A DNA stretch of 64,000 nucleotides, taken from assembly GCA_002104945.1 (NCBI GenBank), contig MCFH01000054.1, positions 186,001 to 250,000 of the forward strand, given 5' to 3'. The stretch's first letter is position 1. Every line of letters begins with the position of its first letter. The DNA is from Piromyces finnis finn (Eukaryota; Fungi; Neocallimastigomycota). Both the position numbers and the translations under genes were made by a program. Positions 1 through 12,231 of this stretch are shown here, piece after piece. The notes under the pieces are model-generated. The model did not search any database, was not told where the DNA came from, and worked only from the letters and a program-made list of their open reading frames with translations.

Positions 1-3000
1 TTAATTGTCACACACACACGCAAAAAAAATTTTTTTTTCCTTAAATTAAATAATTTTATTTATTATTAAATTAATTTTGAATGAATGGAGGATTACAATA
101 GAAAAAAAAGTTTAAATCAATGGAGTAGATTATATTGTTTTTTAAAGTAAAAAAAGAATATATCCTATATAATCATAGAAATTAGATTCTAGGCTTTTTT
201 TTTAAATAATAAATATTTGTATATAAATTCATATATTATTTTATTATTTCCTATATACAATTAATACTGTTTTATTATTATTATTATTTTTTTTAAATAG
301 AGGCCACTTTTTATAATTACTAAAAATAGTTACATTTATTTTAATATATCTTTTAATAATGATTCATAATTACAAATCAAAATGTAAAGGTCAAGAAATG
401 GAAAAGATTCATTATAAAGTTTAACTTTCCAATACAATATTAATAATAATAGTAAAAAAAAAACTTTTTTCATCTTTTTCTCATTATAATTTAGGGTAAT
501 TTTTTTTTTCATGGGAAATATATAAAATTCTATAGAAAAAAAAAGTAATTGTATATCTTTTTTTTATTATAAACAAAACAAAACAAAACAAGAGTATAAA
601 ATGAAACAAACAATCCAATATCAAGTGGAAAATAAAAATCTCTATTTTTAATTAATAGAAAAATTTAATTAATAGTAACAGAATACTATATATATTTTTA
701 TATATAAAACTATATAAGCCTTATCTATTATTTCTTATTTCTGCTTATTTTTTTTTATTCATAAATATATAAATGTCCTATACCATATATATGATAAATA
801 GAATTGAATTTAATAGAATTATTAAAATATAAACCATTTTTTTTATTTAATAGTAATTATAATTAATATAATTATATATTATTTTAAAAAGAATATATTT
901 TTTTCCATATGCAAATTAAAAAATAAACTTTATTATAAATAAATTGAATGTAGACCTTGTCATTTTTTAATATAATAAATTATTTTTTTTTCACATTCAT
1001 AATGAGTGAATTAAATTAAATTAAATAATAATAATAATAATAATAAAAGAATATATCCATTTATTTATTTATTTTTTTTTTTTAAAAAAGTATATTATAT
1101 AAAGGTGAAATAAAAAATTAAATAAAGCATTTGATATTTTTAAATTAATCAATGTATTAGTAGTATTAAAACTTAAAATGATTAATAAATAAAATATTTA
1201 TTGAGAATGGTTTATTTTTTATTAATTTATTAACATCATAATAAGTTTTATAAATAGTTCACAATAGAAAAAAAAAATTTTTTATTTTCTTCATGGTTGA
1301 TAATTATTTAATACTTTTGAAATAAATTAAATCTTCTATAATAATTAAACTTTATTTCTGATGTAGAATTTTAATTAAAGTTTTATTTATTTCCGTTGAA
1401 ACATTTTTTTATTATATTAAAATTTAAAACTTTATATATTATTACTATTAGAAATTTTATATTTTATGGATCAGCCGGGCATTTTTTTTTTTTAGTTTAA
1501 AATAAAGGTATTCTTTACCTAAATTTAAAAAAATTATTGGGTAGATATCGTTTGTGTATTAATTTTATAATTCATATTATATGTACGTACTTTATTTTAT
1601 CATTAACTAGATCTACATTACCGAAAGAAAAAAAAAATTTCTATAATATACCCATTTCTCATTTTAATTTTGGTATAAAAATGGTTTTTTTTATATAGTG
1701 TTATACTAGTCATAAATTGTTTATATGATGTAATAATAATAATGAAACAATATAAAAAAGTAATAGTGGCAATAAAGAAATGATATTATAATATATTGTA
1801 TTATATTATATTTATATTATATTATATAATCTTTAAATTAGAATAGATATAGATATTTTTTAAAAAAAATATGAACGAATGATGAGTAACAAAAACATTT
1901 TAAAACACTATATATTTTAATGAAATTCTAATGATTTAATTATATTTTTGCATATAAAATAATATAATGGTATATATTGTTATTATAACTTTAAATAATG
2001 AATAAAAATTTCATTTTTTTCCCAATAATTTTGGTGTATTTCCATAAATAAAAAAGCAAAAAAGCAAAAAAAAAAAATAAACATAAACCACCAAACAATA
2101 TATTGTTATAACTAATCTTTTTGATCTATTCAATCTATATATTTTAATTCTATAATTATTTAGATTAAATAAATAATTTTCCTAAAGCAACTCTATTGTG
2201 TATTAAATTACTATTGTTTTCTTTTTATATTCTATTATTTTTATCTCCATTGTTTGATAATTATGGAAAATAATATTAAATATTAAACCTTAATACTTAA
2301 TCTTTTTTATTTTAATTTTAAAAAAAAACAATAAAAAATAAGTGTTGTTTTAGGAAATTTTAATAACTTTATTTAGTAATAAAACAATAAATATATTATA
2401 TTAAAAATGACTAAAATGGAAATTATCTTTTTTTTTAGAATAAATTTATTTTCCTTATAGAGTTACACTAATAATAATAATTATTATAAATAAAGTTGGA
2501 ATAGAGTTATTCTATTTTATTATTTTTTTAAATTAAAGTATTTTTATTGGATGATATATAAAAATAAATATATATTATAGTCAATAATATATATTGTAAT
2601 TTAATAATATGAAGTTATTATTATTTTGTGTATAATAACAACAAATGATTGTGTTTTATTTACATTCTATTTTCAGAGTTTAAATAATTATAGTATTCAT
2701 TCATGAGTAGTATAGGTTTTTTTTTTTAAAAAAATAAAGTTTATAATAAAAAAAACTATCCAATATTTAATCCTATTGATCATTTTTTTTTTTACTTTGC
2801 TTACTATTCATTATTCTTCATGGTAATAATTTAATTTAATATATATAATAATAAAAAAAAAAACAATTATAATTTTATATTTAATAATTATTTAATTAAT
2901 TATTTATATTTATTAATATTTCTACAATATAATGTATTATATAAAAAATAAAATTATATTCATTATCGATGGATTATTTTAATTTTATATTTTTTAAATT

Positions 3001-3297
3001 AAATATATATATAAAAAGTTGGAAATTTTTTTAAAAAAAAAAAAAAATATAAATAGAGGTAAAAATTTCTTTAATTTTTTTTTTTTTTTTCATCTTTTAC
3101 ATTTATAATTTAAATTTTTATTTAAAAAAAAAATAACAAATTGATAAATACTTTTTTTTTAAAAAAAAAAATACAGTGAATACTATCTCTATTATACCTA
3201 TTATACATATATATAAAGAAAATATATAATAGATTTAAAAAAATATCTCTATAAAAACTTTTACCAAAAAAAAAAAAAAGCTTAAATAGAAAAAAAA

Positions 3298-4387
3298 ATG
3301 TCTCAATTTCAAAGTCTTTCTATTTCTGCTCATAAAAGCAAGAGGTAAATAGTTATTATAATAAAATAATAATTATAGTATAAAAAATTGTGAGTATACC
3401 TTTGTATTAATCAACAATTTTATTTTCAATCAATAAAATAGCAATTATGATGCTAAACAAAAAAAGTTTAAAAGTTCTTTAGAAAATGTAAAACATTTAT
3501 TAAATGATGATGAAAGTAAACATGACCATCAAAAAAGAATATCAAAGGCTCAAACCTATCGTTTATTAAATTGTATTAAAGTTTTAGATTATCTTAAAGA
3601 TTATGACATTCAACCATGTAACGAACGTATTTGTAGAGCTCTTAAACAATACGGTAAAAACAAGGAAAACATTTGTAAATTATGGGAACAAGTTTTATCC
3701 CATGTGAATCATAAAAAGGAAGCAATAAATTCAATACTTGTAAAGAATATTTGGACTCAAATATACTATAGTAATAATAATAATTGTAATACCAATTTTT
3801 ACGAAGGCATGACTAATAATTATAGTATGAATAATCAATGCCATTACTACAATAACTACAATAATGATAATTCATCTTATAATAATCATACTAACAATTA
3901 CAATTATTGCAATAACAATTATAACAATAATAATATCATGAATAATAATCAACCATCATTTCAAAATAATTGTATACAAAGTCCAATAAACTCTTACCCA
4001 ACACCAGATAAATATATTTTCATCAAGGATTTTAATGGCAATAGTAACACCAATACCAATTGTTATAATAATAATAGTAATAACAACTCTAATTATTTAC
4101 CATCACCAGAATTTAAACCAATGTTTATGGAAAACTCACATTATTCTTCTTCTAGTGAAAGTAATTCTTCTGACTATCATTGTACCTATCCAGCCTTTTA
4201 TAAACCAGCTTGGACTATTAGTATGGAACAATTACAAAATGGTAATAAGAAAACTATAAATTCATCATCATCATCATCACAACAACAGTATTTATCTCAA
4301 TATCCATCACCTACTTCTTCTCCAGTTTACAACCATAACAACAACAATACTAATAATTGTTATAATAATTTCCATTGTACCTATTAA
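3298..4387 (+). CDS. Putative divergent bHLH-type transcription factor with Asn/Ser-rich low-complexity C-terminus; exons 3298-3344 and 3442-4387
   Basis: ATG at 3298, GT-AG intron 3345-3441 (AG|gtaaat ... aaatag|C). The spliced frame continues into track ORF 3704-4387. N-terminus SAHKSKRSNYDAKQKKFKSSLENVKHLL...KRISKAQTYRLLNCIKVLDYLK resembles basic-helix1-loop-helix2 (compare KLSKAETLRL). The gene is well supported; the family call is moderate. Confidence 0.6.
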
Positions 4388-7300
4388 AAAAAAAAGCCCT
4401 TTTCCAATATTCTAATATTAATTAAATTATAATTTCTATCTTTTTATTTTTTTTAATTAAATTATTGACATCATTAAATTTTTTTAAAAAATTATTATAT
4501 TTTTAATTTAAATGATAATATAAATATAATATATACCAAATAATAAAATTTTTAAAAAAATTCATTGTAATATATAACAATCACTATTTAATATAATAAT
4601 ATTATTTATTATATCTTTTTTTTTTTTTTCTACTTCTACTTCTACTTCTACTACTCTATTACTAACTGAACTATTTAGTTTTTTATTTATTCAATTTTTT
4701 TAAAAAAAAAAACAAATAAATAAAAAATACACAATCTATAATAAGAATAAAAATATAAAATATAATAATAAAATATACAACCTAATAATAATACATTTAA
4801 TACACTATATAAAAAGATGCTTATTATCATCATAAATTGTTTATTCTTTCAACCTACTACCACTCATTTATTAATTATAATAAAAAATAAATTATTTTAA
4901 TTAAATTAAAAAATTCATAATGATGTGGTATTATTTCCTTTTTGGTACTTTTTTTTCTTATGCAAATTTTAATTTCAATTTTAATAATTTTTTTTATTTA
5001 TTTGTTAAATTAAAATAAAATAAAATCGATCCATCCATATCGATTTGAGAAAGTACTTAAAAACATTTTACCATTATCATTTTTTTAAATACTAAAGATT
5101 CCTTTATTTTTTTTCAATATACACATTAGGTGATTATTTTAAAAGATTTAAATATATAAATAGGAAAAGATTTTGTTTAAAAAAGAACTATACCATAAAA
5201 TTATCGTTTTTTTTTATAGAATTAAAAATAAAGTATTGATTTTTTTTAATCTTTACCTAATTTTAGTCAAAAAGAATTTTGTTATTTACGCAAACTTTAT
5301 TTATTATTATTTTTACAAAATCTAATTAATTTTAATATAAATTAATTAATTTTTTTTTTGGGTTACTAAATATTCATTAATTAATTTATCCCTTTATTAT
5401 GATACATCTTTTTTTAAATTTTTTCTATTGTTTTTATTTATTTTTAATTTAATTATAAATAAATTAAAATATAACTATTTTAAGAAATTTTAATTTATGA
5501 ACCTATTGTTCAATTTATTAATAATAAAAAATTAAAAAAGAATTAGAAAACTTAACACTTTTTATACATTCTTCTTAATAATGTAATGTAATGTAAAAAA
5601 AAGTAAGCTATTGTTTATTTTTTTTTTTTTTTATTCTAAAGAATAATTTATTTATTCTAATAATACTATAGATGAAATTAGGTATTGTTTTTTTTTTATT
5701 ATTTAAATAATGAATGGCGGCGTAGTGGTAAAATCTAATAAAAGAAGGTAAAAAAAAAAAAAAACTTTTACAAATTTTTGACATATGAAATGGAAAAAAA
5801 AGAAATATTTAATGGAATATTTTAATGAAAATCTTTTTTTTTTTTAAATAGATTTAACATGAAAAAGAAAAAAGGTTGTTGTAAATACTTATTACTATTT
5901 TATCATTATTCAGGTTAAAAAAAAGTCTTTTTTTATTTAAAAAAGAAAAGAATATTATTTTATTATTTTTTGTTTTAACTAATAAATTATATCCCAAAAA
6001 ATAAACTTTATTCTATAATGAAATAATGTCATTTTTTATTGTATTTATTTGCCAAAAAAAAAAATAACAACAAACTTTATTCAATAATAAAAAACAATAC
6101 TTTTAGAATGGCTAAAATAGTAATAGTTATTAATAGTAATAATAACAACAATAAATAACAATGATTTTTATTTAAAGTTTTATTATTTATTTTAAAAGAG
6201 ATCATCATTCTAGATTTATGGTCTAGTATTTAGATTTTAGTATTCATAAAATGTTTAAGGAGAAGTTTATTAATTTAAAAAAAAGAAAACTTTTTTTGTT
6301 GACATTGTTAAATAAAAACTTTTATTTTTTTTTAAATTGATGGCTATTCTTTATTTTATTATTATTATTATTATAATTTAATTTTTTTTTAATTAAATCA
6401 TCATCATCCATCATCATCCATCATTGTTAATTATTTTATTATTATTATATAGTTATTATATAATTATTATTATTATTATTATTAAATAGATATTATTATT
6501 ATTATATAATTATTATTAAATAGTTATTATTATTATTATTATTATTTAATATTATATAGTTATTATTATTATATAAAAATGGGTTATTATTTATGGTTTT
6601 TTTTTTAAATGGTCAATCAATAAACAAGTCTATTTATTATTTAATAAATGATTAATTATTAATTTCCAAATAATATTCAATAATATTAAAATGTATTCAA
6701 AATATTAAAAATAGAGGGTGTACTTAAAATATACCAAGTATTTAAATGTAATCAACATCATATCTCCTCATTATACCTCAATATCATATTTCAATATAAA
6801 GGATGTAATTCATTAGTAAAAGAATTATACTATTTTAATTTCTGTTTATGATGATTTAATTTCTATCATAATGATGATAAAAATGATTTAATATTATGCC
6901 TATGATTAAATATTAATATTATAGAAAAAAATGTACTTTTTTTACATATTTTATTTATGATATTAATTATTTTCTTTTTTTTTTTTTTCTTCTTTCTATT
7001 GTTCAACCTTTTTTTTTTTTTTAACTATTTATAAATGTCTCATTTTTTTGAAAAATAACATTAAAGTTTATAAAATTTTATTATTCATTTTTCTATTTTT
7101 TTTTTTCATTTTTTTACAGAAATTTGATAAATTAAATTAATTTAAAAATTAATTTATTTTATATTATTAATAAAACCTTAATTTTTATACAAAAAATGAT
7201 ATTGTTTTTTTTTTATTACCATAAAATTATAATTATTAAAGTTTTATAATATAAAAAAAAAACAATGAAAAAAAGTCAACAATGAAAAAAACTTTCCATA

Positions 7301-8284
7301 AGCAAAAAAGTGAAAAAATATATTTGATATATTTGATGTAGTAAAAAAAAAAAAAAAAAGAGAATTTTGAAAATATTTCTCTTTATATTATTATTAATTT
7401 TATTTTATTTTATTTTTTTTAAATAGTTTGAATTATTTATTTATTGAAATCAAGTTTATTATTATTAATAGTAATTATGTAATTATGTAATTATTATAAA
7501 TATTATTAATTATTATTATTTTTTATTGCTTGCCGTTCATTATTATAATTAATTTAAAGTTTTATTAAAAAAAAAGAGGAAAAGGAAATGTTTTAATGAT
7601 GTTTAATCCCTATCTATGTTTTTTATAAAAAATTATTATTTATAACAATTATTAAAAATATTATGATTAACCTAAATTTTTATTATTAATATTAAATATT
7701 ATATGGAGAAAGGGAAGAGGGGGAAAGTAGAAGGCGGAAAACATTATTTATCTAAAAGATGTTGAAATTAGATTTATATAATTGTACGAGATACTATTTA
7801 AATATACATAAGATAAAAAAAAAAAAAGTCTTTTTTTTATAATAAAATAAAATTATTTATAATAAAAGTAGTAATGGTGAATTGGAACATAAAAAAAGAA
7901 TTATAATTAATGGTTTTATATACAAAAAAAACATTATATTTAAATAAATTATCGATATTGTAAAAGATTATAATAAAATTATTATTTAGTATTTAATAAC
8001 AAATTATCTACAATACTATCATTTAGATTTCATAACCGTTTAATACTTTTAATATTTAAAAATAGTTTGAATTATCTTAATAGTTGCCTTATTTTATTTA
8101 TATTATTACTTTATTATTTAATAATATTTAAATAATTTATAAAAAATGGATAGTCTACCAAACCAAGTATAAAACCGTCTCCACATTATTCTTGATTAAA
8201 GATTGGGATTTACTCTTTTTTTGGTACGACAATGTTTAGGATGGAAGATACTTAGGATGGTAAATAATAAAATTTTAAAAATTG

Positions 8285-8319
<35 letters not shown>

Positions 8320-9500
8320 TTTTGTAGTAGTTTTAATCTTTAGTTGATAGGTTTTTTTTCTATCCATAGTATTTTACTACATTTTTTTTTATTAAAATAA
8401 AAAGTTTTATATTACAATATAGTTTATTATTTTATTTTTATGTCAATTTATAATGAATAAAAGATAATGATATAATAATGTAATTTTAATTGATCCTACG
8501 CTAGTAATTTTAAAGCTTTTTATTAATAATAAAAAAAGTTTAAGGCGCTTTTCATCTTACCTTTTTATTGAAAATATTATATTCATAATAAATTATTAAA
8601 AAAAAAAAAAAGGTTAGTATAATAAATGTATAGTTTTATTGAATTTTAATATTGAAAAATGTATTTTTTAAAAATTAAATGTATTTAAATCGTGGCATAT
8701 ATATATAATTATTAATAATATGTTTTACAGGTATTACAATAACGTTTGACATTTGTTACTAGTTTTACAATGTTGTAATAAAGTTTATTTTTTTTCTAAA
8801 AAATTTTTAAATATTATATTTGTATTTATTTTAATAGTGGCTTATGAAAATTAAATGTAATATATTTCATTATATTACGTTTATAAAGAGGACCTCATTA
8901 ATAAAAAAGAGAAATTTACAACAGTCAATAATTTCAACTCTTTTTTCTTTTTTTCCATCGTTATATGGTTAATCTTTTATTCATGTATAAAATTGAAGGA
9001 ATGAAAAAAAGTAGGTATAAACCCTACAACAGAGTGAGTTCAAAAAAAAAAAAGTTTATTTCCTTAGTCAATTATTGCCAGTAGAAACTGGTGACACAGC
9101 TAGTTTTTAAACATACTTTATTTAAAAAAAGATTTAATTAATAGAAAATATAAATATATTATAATATATTGTAATATATTAAAATTTTCATTTTTCTTTA
9201 TTAAAATGAAAATGGAATTATTATTAAAATGAATGATAATTTTTTATTTTTTAATAATAATAATAAAAAAAAAAAAAAAAGATGGTGTCATTTTATTTTT
9301 TTTTCCCTTTCAGTTCTATTCTAAAAGGAAGAAATATTATAAAAAAGTAAAAGAATGAATTAAAGATTTAAATAAATTTTTTTGTATAAATATTGAACAA
9401 TTTCTTTTAATTTTATTATTATTATTATTATTATTAAATAATAGTTTAAGATTTTAAAAAGTATTAGGAATTTATAACAACAACTACTGCTACTACTACC

Positions 9501-10585
9501 ATGATGATCAAAAACAATTTAACCGATGAAAGGAACCATTCTTTAGAAAAAAGGAAGCAAAGTGAAAAAGAATGTACTACAGGTTTCCAACAAGTTACTG
9601 TTTATCAGCCAAAAATTAACCAACTATTCAAAACTATCTTTGGGAAAATAGAGCATAAAGAAATTACCTTGAAATTTTTAAAAGATTTGGCTCATCTAGA
9701 TATGGAAGAATATGAAACGCTTCGGTTTACCAGTAATAAACATCTTGCTAATGCGTATAAGAAAAAATTAGAAAATCCAATCATTGATTTTGTTATTGAG
9801 ATTTCAGGTAAATATCCAGAAAAAAGTTTACAAGAAACTAACCAAGGTCCATCTACTTTTGGAACATTAGATAAAGAAGAGGCTGAAAGAAAAAGTGAAG
9901 AAAAAGAAGAAGAAGAAGAAGAAGAAGAAGAATATAGTAGTGATTATAGCTATGTTGATTATACATCAAAAAAACTAATTGTAGAAATGCAATTTATTAA
10001 AAATAATCCCAATTTTTTTAAATCAAATTATGTTTAATTTTAGTAATCAAATGATTTATTGTGATGATCATTGTATTTCCAGTAAAACTAAAAGAGGAGT
10101 TCTTTCCATCAACTTTTTAATGAATGATAAGATTGAAAGTTATAAATATAAACATAAATTCATTCATCATTTTAATTATAGTGATGGATTTACCGGTTTA
10201 CACTTTTGAATTTATTGATGCTGATATTTATGTTATTGAATTGTCAAAATTTGATCTTTCCAATTTTGATGATAAGGATAATAAAAATTTATGGGTTGCC
10301 TTTATAAAATGTATTATTTGTAATATTTTAAAAATGGAAACCATGAAAGAAGGAGAAGAGGAATGCTATCATCCAATGCCTCAAATTCCTACTGATCTCT
10401 ATGAAAAATTAAGTAAAATTAAAGAAATTAAAAAAGCCATCGAACTTTATCAACAACAAGACTTGACAAGTTATGACTATTATTAATGTTTATTTATTAC
10501 AGAAAAAAGTACCATGAATGATTTAACCAAAGATAATACTATGGCTATTGAAAAGGAAGATTTAACTGAAAAAAAAAAGGAATGA
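9501..10585 (+). pseudogene. Rpn family (PD-(D/E)XK nuclease, PDDEXK_2-like) gene, intronless, with two +1 frameshifts and one in-frame stop
   Basis: Motifs in family order: YQPKINQLFKTIFGKIEHKEITLKFL; IIDFVIE; LIVEMQ; then in a shifted frame GVLSINFL...KFIHHFNYSDG; then IYVIELSKF...LWVAFIK. Removing one T from run 10013-10019 and one from 10204-10207 joins the three frames. TAA at 10484-10486 is followed by 33 more in-frame codons ending at TGA 10583-10585. Confidence 0.8.
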
Positions 10586-11051
10586 AAAGTATCCTTTCTT
10601 GAGCCCTATTAAATTTATTTTTTTTTTTTAGTGTGTTGAATTTAAAATAGGAAAAAAAAAAAAAAAAAAAAAAAAAGAGATAAATATTTATACAAATTTA
10701 AAATATTAAATTTAAATAGTAAAACTCTTTATTGGATCAATGTAAAAAATTATATAAAAAAAAAAAAAAAAATAAATTTTATGGCATTAAAGAACTAAAT
10801 TTAATTTTTATAGGAAATTGAATTATTTATAAAAAATCATTTTATTTTATTTTAATTTCATTATTTTATTATGTTTTAATTAGGGATTTTTTTTTTTTTT
10901 TTTAATTAAATAATTAATACCTAATATTGATATATACATTTATAGAAGAAGGAAGTAAGATTTTTTTTTTTTTTTTATAAAATAGTTATCGCTAGCGATA
11001 ATATTAAAAAAAAATCAAATTTTCTTTTATTTTTTTTAACCATAAATTAGG

Positions 11052-11123
11052 ATATCCAGATTATATCCAGATTATATCCAGATTATATCCAGATTATATC
11101 CAGATTATATCCAGATTATATCC
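11052..11123. repeat. Perfect 11-bp tandem repeat (ATATCCAGATT) x6.5 overlapping the VPS41 stop codon
   Basis: Six exact units at 11052-11117 plus a partial ATATCC, read directly from the sequence. Confidence 0.97.
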
Positions 11124-12193
11124 GGAGGGAAGAGGTTTTCACCGGTCTTTTTATATTATTATTTGTATTTTGACTGGTGCTTTGACGTGGTTCACTATTA
11201 TTTCTAATGTATTGTTTTAGTTGAGAGGAATTCATGGTAAGGGATGAAGTTCCTCCTCTTCCACTACCAATTGAATGATGTTGATTAGATACATTGCCGT
11301 GTAAATTGGCGGATTGACATATTGGACAGTATAAACTTTTATTACTAAATAAATTTTGATTGGAATACCCTTCCATGGTAGGATCATCCTCTTTTATAAA
11401 GGTGGGTTTAATAACACGAACCCCTCTTCTTTCGGAATAGGAATCCTCATGGTCGTTAAATAAACTACTTTTATTTAGACGTCTTTTCGATTTAAATAAG
11501 GAATCTTCCCCTTGATCATCATTAAATTGATTAAGGGAGGATGAATTTAAATTTAATTTTAATGGAACGTAAACGGCTTCAATGGCTTTTGCTAATACCA
11601 TTTTTTTGGTAATTTCTTGATTATTTTCCATTTTAATTGCTTTTGAATTCATTAAATAGGCTATATTTTGAGAGGATTGTAAACATTTTTCATGGAACCA
11701 ATGACGACAAAAGAAGACAATAATAGTTGAATCAGAAGGATCCGTTACTTTTTTTTTTTTTTTAAATGTTATGATGAAAGATAAAATATATATATATATA
11801 TATATATAAATTAATAATAAATATTTTTAAATCTATATATATATATATTTTTTTTTTTAGTATTTTGTTTACTTACTATCAGTAATAATTTCATTATTAC
11901 AAATAGAACATTCAATTGAATCTTTTATGGGTGTAAAGGAAATATTATTAGTGTAATAAAATAATTATTTATAAAAATAATTCAATTATTATTATTATTA
12001 GTAATTAACTTTTATTATTATTTACCTTTAAATAACATTCCTCTTCTTTGAGCATTATAAAGTTGTTCAAATAATTCAATTGTATCACTTATTAAGATTT
12101 TTTCACATCCTTCTCTTAATGACATCTTTAATTTTTTTTTTTTTTTTTTTTACCACAATAGAATTTAATGGTAAATTGAATAATTTATATTAA

Positions 12194-12231
<38 letters not shown>

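Noticed and set aside
1-3290. Search for genes, RNA genes, CRISPR-like arrays or transposon ends in the long intergenic stretches (also 4400-9400 and 61200-63150)
   Set aside because: Only AT homopolymers and microsatellites were seen, with nothing supportable. Short or degenerate elements could be missed by eye.
4035-4259. Alternative-frame ORF within the bHLH-like gene (likewise 38569-38943 in CFAP92)
   Set aside because: Frame-shifted reading of (AAT)n-rich codons giving Ile-rich peptides, with no independent support.
5716-5730. GGCGGCGTAGTGGTA resembling a tRNA 5' end / A-box
   Set aside because: No B-box (GTTCRA), anticodon arm or acceptor-stem complement follows.
6768-6783. 15-mer TCATTATACCTCAAT also present near 57240
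   Set aside because: Flanks do not align; such matches are expected by chance in very AT-rich DNA.
8238-8248. AGGATGGAAGA resembling part of U6atac snRNA
   Set aside because: The upstream AAGGAGAGAAGGTTAGC catalytic block is absent, and an 11-nt match alone is insufficient.
10589-10597. GTATCCTTT, a perfect U12 GT-AG type donor
   Set aside because: It lies after the Rpn stop, with no CCTTAAY branch site downstream and no exon to join.
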